A stretch of 64,000 nt of DNA, from positions 38,752,001-38,816,000 of the forward strand of contig CM119371.1 in assembly GCA_051294905.1 (NCBI GenBank). The letters are read 5' to 3'. Below, piece by piece: positions 1-11,169 of this stretch. Numbering within the stretch: the first letter of the stretch is position 1; every line of letters begins with the position of its first letter. The position numbers and the translations under genes are program-made. The DNA is from Botryllus schlosseri. Its lineage: Eukaryota. The notes below the pieces were generated by a model. The model did no database searches. It had not been told where the DNA came from and saw only the letters and a program-made list of their open reading frames with translations.

Positions 1-668
1 GTACTACACTAGGTCTGCATATATAGGTCTTCATTGCTCATTATTTTTACTTACTTATAAATGACTTGCCCTTCTGGTACTTGAGCAGATATTTACGTCT
101 ATACTTCTAAATCCATTCGGGTACTTTACCGCAGTGCGATTATTTTTTTAGTGATGTTATTGATGTGTAATTTGACTCCAGAAGGTTGCTCGTTTACTTC
201 GCTGCGTATTATTTCTTATTCCGTCGGACCTGACTAACTCACGCATATGAAAATGACATAACACGCGGCAGCCTGCCTTGTAGACACACAGAGATCACGA
301 CACGACGAGGATTTGTTCTAACAGCCCCACAAATATAGGCTTTATTGAATCAGATATATTTTCGACTGTAATTATTATATCATAACATGAACAAATGTAT
401 CCATATCAATTCGAGAGTATTACAGCGTGGCATTTCTTACAATGTTTTCGTGTGAAGCACGAAGTCTGATCCACTGTTTCTTGGGAGTGTTGATAACTTC
501 ATATAAAGCATGATGATTTGTCTGCAATCTTTTCTTCCGACTTTCAAGGTGGGCTACGAATATATTCCGTTATAGGTACAAACGATAACTAATTTGATAG
601 CCCTGCTCTTCGGATATAAAGATCAATATTTTAATAATATCTGTAATATATAATAATGTTTAATTCAG

Positions 669-857
669 GGAGATATCGGCGGCCCGATGTACGCAGGGAC
701 CGGGCAATCTAACGAACTGATTGGCATCGCAGTGAGAGAGAGCACGTGCACCGCCGACGGGGTTCCGGGAGTATTCATCGATTTACGAAACGATGACATT
801 TACAACTTTATATATTGGAATTGTTTGCGCTGCGGTCTCACGGCGCCGATTGCTTGA
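669..857 (+). CDS. Last coding exon of trypsin-like serine protease homolog, copy 1 (catalytic Ser replaced by Ile)
   Basis: Acceptor ttcAG at 667-668. Translates GDIGGPMYAGTGQSNELIGIAVRESTCTADGVPGVFIDLRNDDIYNFIYWNCLRCGLTAPIA*, an S1 C-terminal pattern (GDSGGP-like, GI, C, PGVF). AATAAA at 938-943. Upstream exons lie outside the window. Confidence 0.85.
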   Translation, partial: GDIGGPMYAGTGQSNELIGIAVRESTCTADGVPGVFIDLRNDDIYNFIYWNCLRCGLTAPIA

Positions 858-1287
858 AAATATTTTCATGTTTGATTTGATGCAATACTGCAATCTCGAT
901 GGAAAATATCCTAGGATTGACTGTATGTTGTGAACTGAATAAAATAAGATATTGGTATTTCTATACTATATTAATGCGATGGGATGAGCAGTGACTATAT
1001 GTACTTCTGCGTTTTCGGGGTACTCGAGCAGATTTTCATTACTTGCATTCTTGCATTCTCGATTAAAGAAATTGTTACTTGTACTTTATAAAGTTAAATA
1101 TAACTCTACCTGATTACCAACACTGAATACCATGACCTTCTCTTCACATCAAACACTATTCCATGACTTTGATACATAATAACATGCCCAAGTCGGGTTC
1201 GAATGAAGATAGCTGACAAATAGTGTAGCAACAGCAAGATGCAACTTGCATGAAGATAGCAGGCGCGTATGGCACTAACATCAACAT

Positions 1288-1639
1288 TAGGCTTACCATA
1301 TTTTGGAAATCAAAAAAGAGGACACTTTTTCAGAAATTTTCAACTGGCAAATCCGGAGTCAAATTCTCAAAAACAGGTTAATTTTTCCCACTTCGTGATC
1401 GGTTGACTGAAAAAAAAAAAAAAAAAGGTCATCTTTTCGCTCAGAGCATCACCATTTTTCACTCCGAAATACCCGCCGGAGCTTCACTTCTGTGCTACTA
1501 TGCAGCATATCACTCGCAATTTGCTCTAAATCTGCCTAAATTTTCAAAAAAGAGGACAAAATCTCAAAAAAGAGGACAAAAGGGCGTCCTCCGAGGACAC
1601 TTTCCAAAAAGTCAAAAAAGAGGACGTAGGGTAAGCCTA
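1288..1639. mobile_element. hAT-type MITE, family A (TAGGGTTACCATA-type ends)
   Basis: TIRs taggcttacc.../...ggtaagccta. 8-bp TSD atcaacat/agcaacat. Internal agaggac motifs. Homologous to 5329-5763 and 57764-58113. Confidence 0.8.
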
Positions 1640-2453
1640 AGCAACATACAATTGAGGAAGATAGCTGACACTTAGTACACCAACAGCGACACACGACAGT
1701 ATGAACGTAATAATGTGGAACGTAACGTAGGTATGCCAGGAACAAACGTAAGAAGACGAGTATGAAAGTTTTACAATTATTTTTTGTCAACGTAAATAAC
1801 CAACAAATGGAGGTTCGCAGATGCTTTATAAACTGAAATATTTTTCACGCTCGGTCCGATTTGACTCCAATTCATGGTGATTGCTCTGTCTATTGCCCAT
1901 ATTTCATATTTGAATATTCTCAAGTCTGCAGCCATAACCTTTAATGCCATCAAACTATCCGTTGGGTTTGTTGGCATTCTGATTTCTCCCTTGGGTATTT
2001 AGTGATATCACGATAAAGCGGGCGAGAAAATTTTCACCATCATAAACGGGAGTGGCTAATAAAGTTTAGGAACGACTGCTATATAATTAACCACCAATAT
2101 TGCCAGGCCGTGTTATTTTTGGCATATGCCAAAGCTGCAAAAAATAGCTTATTTTTGACATCTTTGAATTTTTATTTTTGGCAGTTTTGGCATCGACCTC
2201 TAAATAGATATTTACAGTCTCAAATTAACCATAAAAACGCTTTATTTGGGTCAGTTGATCAATAGAGACCAAAATATGTGCAGCATCCACTTATAATCAG
2301 TACCAACAAACAATAAGAAGAAGAAAAAAACTAGCGATTACATAGGTTAATACTATCAAACGAAGCCACAAAATGTGCAGTATCCATTCGGAATCGGTGC
2401 CAATAAGCAAAAAGAATGAGAAGCCTAACAAACACGATCAACACCTGATTGTT

Positions 2454-2900
2454 ACAGCTTTTGAATAGACTAAAATTGTTTGCACTGTAACAGTGCTTCC
2501 AAACTCAGGCCAGCTATGTTTCTCCTGAATTAATTTTTCGTCCAACGAATCTGGGAAATATCGTATTCAACAGTAGCCGTTGAGGGAAAGAATGTTGCCA
2601 GTCCTCCATAAAAGGTTTTCAGAGTTTCAAAATTTCGGAGGGCAGAACCGCTTTCCAAGCATCATGAAAAGAGATCACTGCGCTAGTGCCATCGATCTCA
2701 TCGCGGAAAGAATTTGAATCCCGATACTTTTCCAGGAGCTCCCTATGTTGTCTCTCAACACATTCTATTTTGTAGCGCGACCATCCCATCTCCATCAGTC
2801 TACCGATATATTTTAGGAGGACTTTTGTCACGTCAGATGGCTTTAATATTACCAACTCACATGGAAGAGTCCTGGGAAGGTTAGCTTGTTTAAGAACATT
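2454..2900 (-). pseudogene. Degenerate hAT-like transposase C-terminus
   Basis: LPRTLPCELVILKPSDV...VERQHRELL...SFHDAWKAV, then a frameshift near 2630, then FETLKTFYGGLATFFPSTATVEYDISQIRWTKN*FRRNIAGLSLEALLQCKQF*. Resembles the hAT C-terminal dimerisation region (P-x-T-x-x-V-E-x-x-F-S pattern). In-frame stops present. Confidence 0.7.
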
Positions 2901-3169
2901 AACGCAACAAGACTGTCTGGTAAAACGAGACTGCAGCTCAGAAATAGCCGGACTGTTTGTTGTGTCACAATGTTCAACTCGATCACAATGCAAAAATCGT
3001 GATTGAATTTGGGGGTTCCAGATCCATGAGCAGAATACAATTTATATTTTAGTAATCAGTACAGCGCCAACTTTCCATTGATACCCGTTTTATCAAATTT
3101 AGCGCTCGGCAAGCCGGTCAAAAATGGCCGTAAAATTGCCTTTGGACAAATGGAAAGTATGACGTTAAC

Positions 3170-4503
3170 CAGTGGTTCCCAACCTTTTTCGACTCATCGC
3201 CCCCTTTTCAAACTCCACAGCGATCATCGCCCCCCAAATATGGGGAACCGAAAAATGAGCATACATACTGAAATCACCGGCGAGTTGGCTAGGAAAAAAG
3301 GTCAACTTTTCGGCTCGACCTGGAAATTACACTTTTACAGTTGAGTTGACTCACAAAAAAGGTGATTTCTCCGACTTGATTCCAAGAGGACCGTATCAGC
3401 ACTTCGTTTGCCCCCCCCCAATACGTTGGTCTTGTACCCCCCCCCCCGCCCATAGGGCGAAAAAGCAAACCTCTGCACCCCTCAGACCAAACCCCCCCCC
3501 CGATACCTCTTTACCGCTACTTCTCAGCAAAAATCGTTGGCTTCTTTAGGTAATTCGCGCCAAGCGCGGAAAATTTCTATCATTCATGATTGAATTGGTC
3601 AATATGATCGGGAATTGCATGTATATTGCTGTCAATTTTTTATCCTCTCTCTGCTCATGTAATCAGATTTACCGGTAAAGCTGAGTGAGGTGTCTTGGAA
3701 AATTTAGGGCCCATAAATAATAATTGATTATATTCGGACGGACCCGTGGGTATAATGACTTCGTTACGTAATGGCATTTCGTGGCCTGTCTGCTATGTCA
3801 AAATAAGATATTCAAATCGCCCATACGTACTAAACTAAAAGACGCACACGATTTCAAATTGGTACTTCTGCACTGGCAATTAATTTTTCTCAGCGAGATG
3901 GCATTTATTATGTGAGGTTCTGATTTCCAGGAAAGGAACATTTGGCGCCAGCCATTTAGGCGCCTATGGACAATTAAATATATATGTATATCGTATATAT
4001 ATCGAAGTCGGTCAGCATAAAGGTAGTCCTTTTCCGCCAAGGTTTTCTTGTTTTGGCACACTTCTCGGAGTCGCATGTTACATGGCCTGAAACTTCATAT
4101 GTCTTGGTGCGTCATAGTGTGATAATGGCTGACGCCAAGATGCCCATTTCTATAACTCATGCGTATTATTTCTTGGGGGAAGGGTATCCAATAAGTAAGA
4201 AATATGACACCGCGAAATGGCGTGCAGCGCAAAATTTTTTTGAAAAAGTTGTCTAAATTTCCAAAATAATACTCTATAATTAATGTTAATTCACGAAAAA
4301 AATTGTGGCCCCCCATCCCAAGTAAGGGTTGGAGTGCGGCAATTACTGTCATGGACGCCAATATAGCCATTTTAACGCACCATCGCCCCCTATCGCCCCC
4401 TTCGTCCGTTTTCGCCCCCCTATCGCCCCCTTCGCTATTTTCGCCTCCCTGGATCGACAAATCGCCTCCTGGGGGGCGATATCGCCCACGTTGGTAACCA
4501 CTG
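3170..4503. mobile_element. Nested hAT-type non-autonomous element (CAGTGGTTCCCAAC ends)
   Basis: TIRs cagtggttcccaac / gttggtaaccactg. TSD acgttaac/acgtaaac. Subterminal atcgccccc repeats. Confidence 0.8.
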
Positions 4504-5328
4504 ACGTAAACCAAATGCAGTCAGCCGTTCCATCTCACTGTGCCACACCATTTAGGACACCATGCTTTCTCCCCTAATGGGTGGGCTGGACCCATAGTAA
4601 GAAACCTGCCCTTCACACACGCTCTTCTCGCTTGTAATGCGGTCCTGTTAACTTAACAACATCAAAGAAATACACTATAGGCAGGCCGTGTTATTTTTGG
4701 CATATGCCAAAAATTAGGTATTTCTGGCATTTTCAAATTTTTATTTTTGGCAGTTTTGGCATCTGGATCCTGAAATGCCAAAAATAACACGTCCTGAATA
4801 TTGCCTTTTGGCTAATAATCTCAATTTAATATAGTGCGACCCGTGAATGGATTTAGATGTTGAACGCGGTACGGGAGCCGAAAAGTTTGCCCACCCCTGT
4901 CTTAGATAAACAGGCGATTCCCAAACATTTGCGTTATGTTTGATCTAGAATAGGCTTGCAGACTTATACGTGGCGAATGTCTACTTTGCAGTAGAAATTG
5001 ATGTATATATAACACTGGTCAACACATATTTTTAGGCAGACAAAGTAAGAGTGGTTTTGGGGTTCTGAAGGGCACTGATCTCGAATATGACCTTAGTTCT
5101 CTCGAAATCGGCTCTGTTTTTGTCGATAATCCATGGGGCTATTTTGACTAAAATATCATATTTTCGCTGTATGGGCTGGATAAAAAATCCGCTCAGTCTT
5201 ACTCAGTCTTCAGAAATTCAATCTACTTGTTATTTTGACACGCTGAAGACTGTTCCAACTAAAAATACATCAACATAATTATATTTCGGCGTGTATAATT
5301 GGAAGGGAATATCAGTTTAGGCCTTAGC

Positions 5329-5763
5329 TAGGGTTACCATACGTCCTCTTTTAAGAGGATTTTTCCTCATTTTTGACTTTTTTGAAAGTGTCCTCGCAGG
5401 ACGCCCTTCTGTCCTATTTTTTGAGATTTTGTCCTCTTTTTTGAAAATTTAGGTGACATTTAGAGCATAATGCGAGTTATATGCCGTAAATTAGCACAGA
5501 AGTGAAGCTCCGGCGGGTATTTCGGATGAAAAAACGGTGAATTGAGCTCTAAGCGAATAGTTGACCTTTTTTTAGTCAACCCCCTAGCAATGTGTAGAGA
5601 AAAACGGTATGTTGAACTTTGAGCGGAAAGTTGACCTTTTTTTTAGTCAAGCGATCACAAAGTGGGAAAAAATCACCGATTTTTGAAAATTCTTCTTCTT
5701 TTCGCAAGTCTCAAATTTCTGAAAAAGTGTCCTCTTTTTAGATTTCCAAAATATGGTAAGCTT
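5329..5763. mobile_element. hAT-type MITE, family A (opposite orientation to 1288-1639)
   Basis: tagggttaccata...tatggtaagctt. Flanks gccttagc/accttagc. Confidence 0.8.
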
Positions 5764-6049
5764 ACCTTAGCAGTTCAGTTTATACTGGACCATTTATTCC
5801 TAATGCGATATTATCTCAAAATCAAGTTACACAGTAGCCTAGACTCCGATAGGACAGATTTGGTTTTCATAATACAATAAACATATCAAATCCAGTTAGA
5901 TCGAGTGACTTGACTGGACTCGAGTCCCCATCAAAATCGAGTGTCCAATGAATCGATAAAACCCGCGACTCGAATGTACTGACTTGATCCCGGTTTTTAA
6001 CCAGTAACGACTTCTGTAGAGTCAAATGTGTCTGTTGTTGCTTCTGTGA

Positions 6050-6225
6050 TCAGACAAGTTGACCTTCACGGTCGTATCGATCATTCCCATCTGATACCGA
6101 ATACTGTGCATTCATTTTTTCTGTACCACAAACATTGACGTCTGTTTTTTATGTATTTTGGTTGGATGAGAATATAGACTCTCTCTCTCTCTCCCTCTCT
6201 CTCTCTCCCTCTCTCTCTCTCCCTC

Positions 6226-6290
<65 letters not shown>
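6050..6290 (+). repeat. Probable LINE 3' end with long (CT)n tail
   Basis: About 110 bp of (CT)n at 6179-6290 preceded by gaatatagact, similar to the gaataaagatt(ct)n terminus of the LINE at 39899. Confidence 0.6.
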
Positions 6291-6293
<3 letters not shown>

Positions 6294-6316
6294 CTTCGGC
6301 ATGTGTTTCATTTCAG

Positions 6317-6574
6317 CTTGAAATCGAACACCCTGGCAGCACAAGCGTGATCCCGGCATACATAATGCAAGGAATGACAGTTATCATGAACGACATGGTT
6401 ACAATAGTCGGATGGGGTCACACTCAGGCGGGTTCAGGATTAAGCGAACAGCTGCGTTACATGAAAACCACATTTCTCCCGCGAGAAGATTGCAACGCCA
6501 TGTACTACGACGGCCTGCTCAGTTCCGACATGACGTGTACCGTGAATGAATATGCGGTGGCGGATATATGCCCG
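6317..6574 (+). CDS. Penultimate exon of trypsin-like serine protease homolog, copy 2
   Basis: tttcAG acceptor at 6315-6316 and GTACGT donor at 6575. Phase 0-0, open: [17 protein letters not shown]...VTIVGWGHT...[18 protein letters not shown]...DMTCTV...ADICP (GWG and the Cys pair typical of S1 proteases). Confidence 0.85.
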
Positions 6575-7288
6575 GTACGTATTTGATGTTACATTAGTTA
6601 TTTTAATTCCAAATTTCTAAATTTCTTCGCAAGTAGGCCCACAACTGAAAGTAACGATTTCGAAAGCATGCCGAAAACAATCCGAGTAGAAGTAGTAAAT
6701 GAATGATTTCGAGCGTGTCTTATAAAAGTCGAGAAGCGGGCTGTGCTACGATTCCGCAGCTAGGGAATACAAATGAAGAAAATTGTCACTGTGTAAATGT
6801 AAATGACCGTAGTAGTCGACAAACACCATGTAGATAGCCTACACAAACAATAACAACCTTTATGTGGTGTTCAACGGGCATTATGTTCTCTGCGATAGCA
6901 TAAAAGCGACATATACCAACTTTCCACTTCTTTCCTGCTGTTATGACATCTCATTGGGTTAAAATCGAACACTAGACTCGAATCCTGATACTGAATTCAG
7001 AATCGAATCACTCAGTTACTGGATATTGCCCCGCCCTAGTCGTGCACCCCATTTTGGGGTGAATACACAGTTACACACTCTTTTCGATGAGAGTGCGCTT
7101 ACTTTTTTACCTTCTCAAAAATAGCTACTTATACTTGTTCTTAATTAAAAATATTCATAAGCTCCATTTCTACTGGAGTACTATCGATGATTATTTTGAC
7201 CATTTTCGCTCTTCGGATGATACGTTTATTATTTTGTGAATATTTATAATCTGCGACATGATGTAAACTATGATGACGTGTTATTTAG

Positions 7289-7477
7289 GGGGACATGGGC
7301 GGCCCGCTGTACGCCGGTGACGGGGAATCAAACGAATTGATTGGTATGGCAATACGAGAGAGCCAGTGCACCGCCGAGGGAGCACCGGGAGTATTCATCG
7401 ACTTACGAAACGAGAACGTCTACAAATTTATATATTGGAACTGTCTGGACTGCGGTCTCGCGGCAGCGATTGCTTGA
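7289..7477 (+). CDS. Last coding exon of trypsin-like serine protease homolog, copy 2 (catalytic Ser replaced by Met)
   Basis: tttAG acceptor at 7287-7288. Splices in frame to give ADICP|GDMGGPLYAG...PGVFIDLRNENVYKFIYWNCLDCGLAAAIA*. Same 189-nt length as exon 669-857 and clearly paralogous. Confidence 0.85.
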   Translation, partial: GDMGGPLYAGDGESNELIGMAIRESQCTAEGAPGVFIDLRNENVYKFIYWNCLDCGLAAAIA

Positions 7478-7564
7478 AAAAATAAATATTTCATTTATGA
7501 TTTGATGCAAACTGAATTCCCAGTGGGAATGTTGTAGAATTGACTTCTCAAGTATGTTTTACAC

Positions 7565-7956
7565 CAGTGGTCTTAAACAATGTCGATATCACACCAAGTG
7601 GGCGATTATCAGAAACAAATGGGATACTATAGGAGGCCGCAGGAGGCGAAAATGTTAGAACGTCGAATGAGACATATTAAATTCACACGGCCGAAAATGA
7701 AAGTGAAGATGGCTTCTTTGCATTTGACGTGTAAAAAAGGGGTACTCAACGGAAAGTAGACGTGCATACCAGTTTTTCGAGTACCTACTCGGAAAAATAA
7801 CGGTGTGTTTAGTCAATTCACCAGCGTTCATAGTTATGTGGATAAATTCCCCGTTTATATGTCCTGTTATTCGGATCCGTAAATAAGGGGGAGGGCAGAA
7901 ACTTGTGTCGAGCTTGATAAGGTGGCTATGAGTTGAAAAAAGGTTGGGAGCCACTG
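7565..7956. mobile_element. hAT-type MITE just 3' of protease copy 2
   Basis: cagtggtctt...gggagccactg ends. Degenerate TSD ttttacac/ttttagaa. Absent from the homologous 3' flank of copy 1. Confidence 0.6.
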
Positions 7957-8409
7957 TTTTAGAATGAAGTAAATGATATATGGCCATTAACATACCATAT
8001 CAGGGCGGCTGATGAGCAGCAACTATATATGAACTTCTGTGTTTTCGGAGTAGCCTACTCGAGTGGATTTTGATTACTTGCATTATACTAAAGAGGTTTT
8101 GATTTTAGAAAACCTTTGCTCCTGCTGACAAAAGTTTTCAGAAATAATTAGGCCTCAATTACTTACTTTTTACAGACTCGGAAATCGTTGCTTCTACTTG
8201 TAAGCTACTTGAGTAGAAATTTACCTAGTTATTTCTAGCTTCACTTGATTACCAACGCTGAATACGTTGACCATCTATGCACTGTACAGCGTTAAATATC
8301 TGATGTGATGTTTTATAACTTCCACCCTCTCAGCGAAAAGATGGTGTATTCACGCATAAAGGGTGACACGTCGCATCCATTTTCGACAAATCATTCTATA
8401 ATTAAGCAA

Positions 8410-8700
8410 TGCAACGTCGAGGATAGCGCAATTCGCTGTTGGCGTAACTAATTAGCTAGAAGCTACACTCTTCCATTGCGCAGCATTTTGGGAGTACGCA
8501 GGTTCCTACAAAGCTGACAACAGTTTGATTACGTACAGATCACTGCAACGTAAGTACGATTCGGAAAGAGCGCTTGTAATCAGCAATTAGTGTCGCGCGT
8601 GCAAGCGCAATAGCTTGCGACGTCGCATTGCAGTTGCTTGCTTATGGGAGCTGGGCTTTGGGTCACATTTAGTAATGATTACGCGCAAGAATGAATACCA
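8410..8700 (+). promoter_or_regulatory. Conserved upstream block of ADD gene 1 (possible promoter or non-coding first exon)
   Basis: Alignable with 14035-14312 upstream of copy 2. Both keep actgcaa(c/t)|GTAAGT (possible donor at 8550 and 14152), gtaatcagcaattagt and gacgtcg. Confidence 0.4.
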
Positions 8701-10339
8701 ATTCCTTGGTATCCACAACATATACTACGTTCAAAATTGGTGCCCGATTAAAAAAACTATCACAAAAATAGCACTCAAATTATGTTGAATTGACGCATAT
8801 ATAGTTCGATTTTGAGAAGGTGTATATTCTCGTATTATTGAGATCGGATATAGTGTTTTCCTCGTACCTATATGCGACTACAAATAACATAATATCATTC
8901 GATATTACAATAAAGATAATTTGGCGTGTTTCCAACCATACCTATTTCACTTCACTTTATTACTGGGCTTGTGGGTTGATCGCGACTTCACCTAAATGCT
9001 ATTTCGACCAGACCATGCGTAGCTTTTTACTACATGTTTCGAATGCTGCGATACAACATATCGTAATCGAGTCGAATCGCATGAGTTCATACTAGTTGAG
9101 CTAGGCTAGATTAAGGATATGTAAGAAATTTAGTGTACCAGATTGCCGTTAATTTGCCTACATAAACCACAGTTTATTTCCAGGTGATAGGCACATCTAC
9201 GTTTCACCTACGCATCGATCTCCAGCGAGGGATATACTCAGACGGACGTGAAGCGCAATAAGCTGTCTCTTCCATTAATTCCTACTAATATTGTTATAAG
9301 TTACTAAAAGTTTTGGTAGTTTGATCCCGTTCATGTCAACCAGAAACCTTCGCACAGCGCTATGCACAGCCATGTGTCATAATAGCGATCGGCAGGCATT
9401 GATTTGCAAGATTCCCTCATTCCACCCTTTATCTCATATGCCAGCGCGTGTTTTCTTTTCTTACGAGACAAAGGAATTCGCAAATCTCAGTTCAGTTCAC
9501 TGTATGTATTGTATATGTCCGCGCGGCATCACGTCTGTTTCGAGGATTAGATTACTCTGATATGCGGCAATGGATTTGGCGTAGGAAAGGCATTTATTCA
9601 TATAAAGGTGGTAAGACTGTTGATATCCTTGAATGCTTTTTGAAGCAGTTTAGTTATGCGAAGTATTAGTATATGTTATCGTATATGTATTACAGTGAAT
9701 GCTACTTTCGCTTTTCGAGTGCATGGGCCTCTTAGATAGATAGGCGATTCTATGTGTGATATAGCAGAGGCTTTAAAATTTCAATGTGGCGAAAGCCTAC
9801 TTTTGAGCCGAAATCGGTTATGTGTCATACTTAAACGCTACTTTCGTGACATGAATAAGCATTAAGCAAGCTCGTCTTATCTGATCTCCTAAATTACAGC
9901 ATAGTACAATCCTGATGCTGCGTTGTTCATAGTCTATCATGGCCTGAAATTAGCACATTTGGCATCGCAGTTGGATGAAGTAGCCTCTGGGCTGTTCCAT
10001 TGATGTCTGGGACATACACTTGCAGGCCTCCGTAGGTCTAACTGTTTTACGTGTCTTGGTATGCAAGCCTCGTATCTTTTCGTGGAGCAGCTGTAGCGTG
10101 CCAGATCTGCTTTCTTGCACGTGGTTTGGTTGGTAGCTTTTGTTTGCCGGAAGCAGGTAGCAACATATTAAAATATCTGGCTAGCTTAGTAGCAAAGTTT
10201 TCGTGACTGCTCGGGCAGCAACATAAATATCTTTGACATCCTCTAGGCTGTTGTTCGCACCGTGATTGTTAACCGTTAGGCTTGATTGTTTGTTTGATGT
10301 TCATTGGTCATCATTTTACAACAGGCCGACACTATTTTA

Positions 10340-10549
10340 TATTCCGTATATTCCGTATATACCGATTTGTAGCACTGCCCATTTCTATGTGTTTTATAGG
10401 ACACCGCTTACGCTGGTCACGTGGCGAGGTGGAGCCTAGATAAACTCCGACACGTAGATCGGAATTCTGGAGTTGACCTCGGTCGGACTCGAACGCACAA
10501 CCCATTAGCGTTGCGGCTTTGAATTATACCACTGTGCTACCTCGCCACT
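10340..10549 (-). mobile_element. tRNA-derived SINE
   Basis: Minus-strand head gtggcgaggTAGCACAGTGGtat...gcGTTCGAGTCcg (Pol III A and B boxes). Body shared with copies at about 24040-24131, 56260-56445 and 56895-59622. Confidence 0.75.
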
Positions 10550-11169
10550 ATTGTTAATGTGGTATTTTGAGACCTATTATGTTATTCTGGAGCAAACAAT
10601 GCGAGTATCAATTCCAATGATTCTGGTGAGAGGTGACTGTTTCGACTACTGAAATTATACAATCCTTATCAATGAAACTCGAATTATTGATTGGCACTCC
10701 CAAAGCATTTTCAGAAAGTGCAATGAAATAGGTATGGTTAAAATACCAAATATTCTCAAGTGTGATGCCGTTAGGGGTCGCATAAAAGGTCCATATCCGA
10801 ACTTTGCGCATCATTCAAATAATGACATAAAGAGTGATACTCGAATCCGAATCGAATCACTGAAGCACTCGATTTTCTTCGTGTTTATGAGCAAGCAATG
10901 CAACTTTTCAAATCTTGTAAAATGGCAATGTGTTCGATGAAAGAATTGCATAGGAATAGCATATTTAGATTTCTATTGAAATGTTGAAGGTTTATTTCAA
11001 TCTCAATATTTTCGTTGCGAGGCAGATTGCTCTCCGGATTGTATGTGTATTTATCAGTTTTACTGTGACAGCAGAATATAATAATGAAATTTTCTCGAAT
11101 CACCGACAGCAATCCTTAACGATTATCGATTATTATCGACCACCCTACACCTATATTTGGTAAAGAGAA

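Larger units (their letters stand above)
2104..4796. mobile_element. Composite hAT-like DNA transposon with transposase relic and nested insertions
   Basis: TIR caggccgtgttatttttggca / tgccaaaaataacacgtcctg. Perfect 8-bp TSD aatattgc (2096-2103, 4797-4804). A second copy of the left end occurs at 4682. Confidence 0.85.

Noticed and set aside
3798..4577. Cluster of ORFs with paralogous translations at 43079-43522
   Set aside because: The similarity comes from a dispersed TE-internal repeat, and all frames match equally, which indicates non-coding duplication.
6081..6359. ORFs with RERERE / SLSLSL runs (also 53043-53243)
   Set aside because: Translation artefacts of (CT)n microsatellites.
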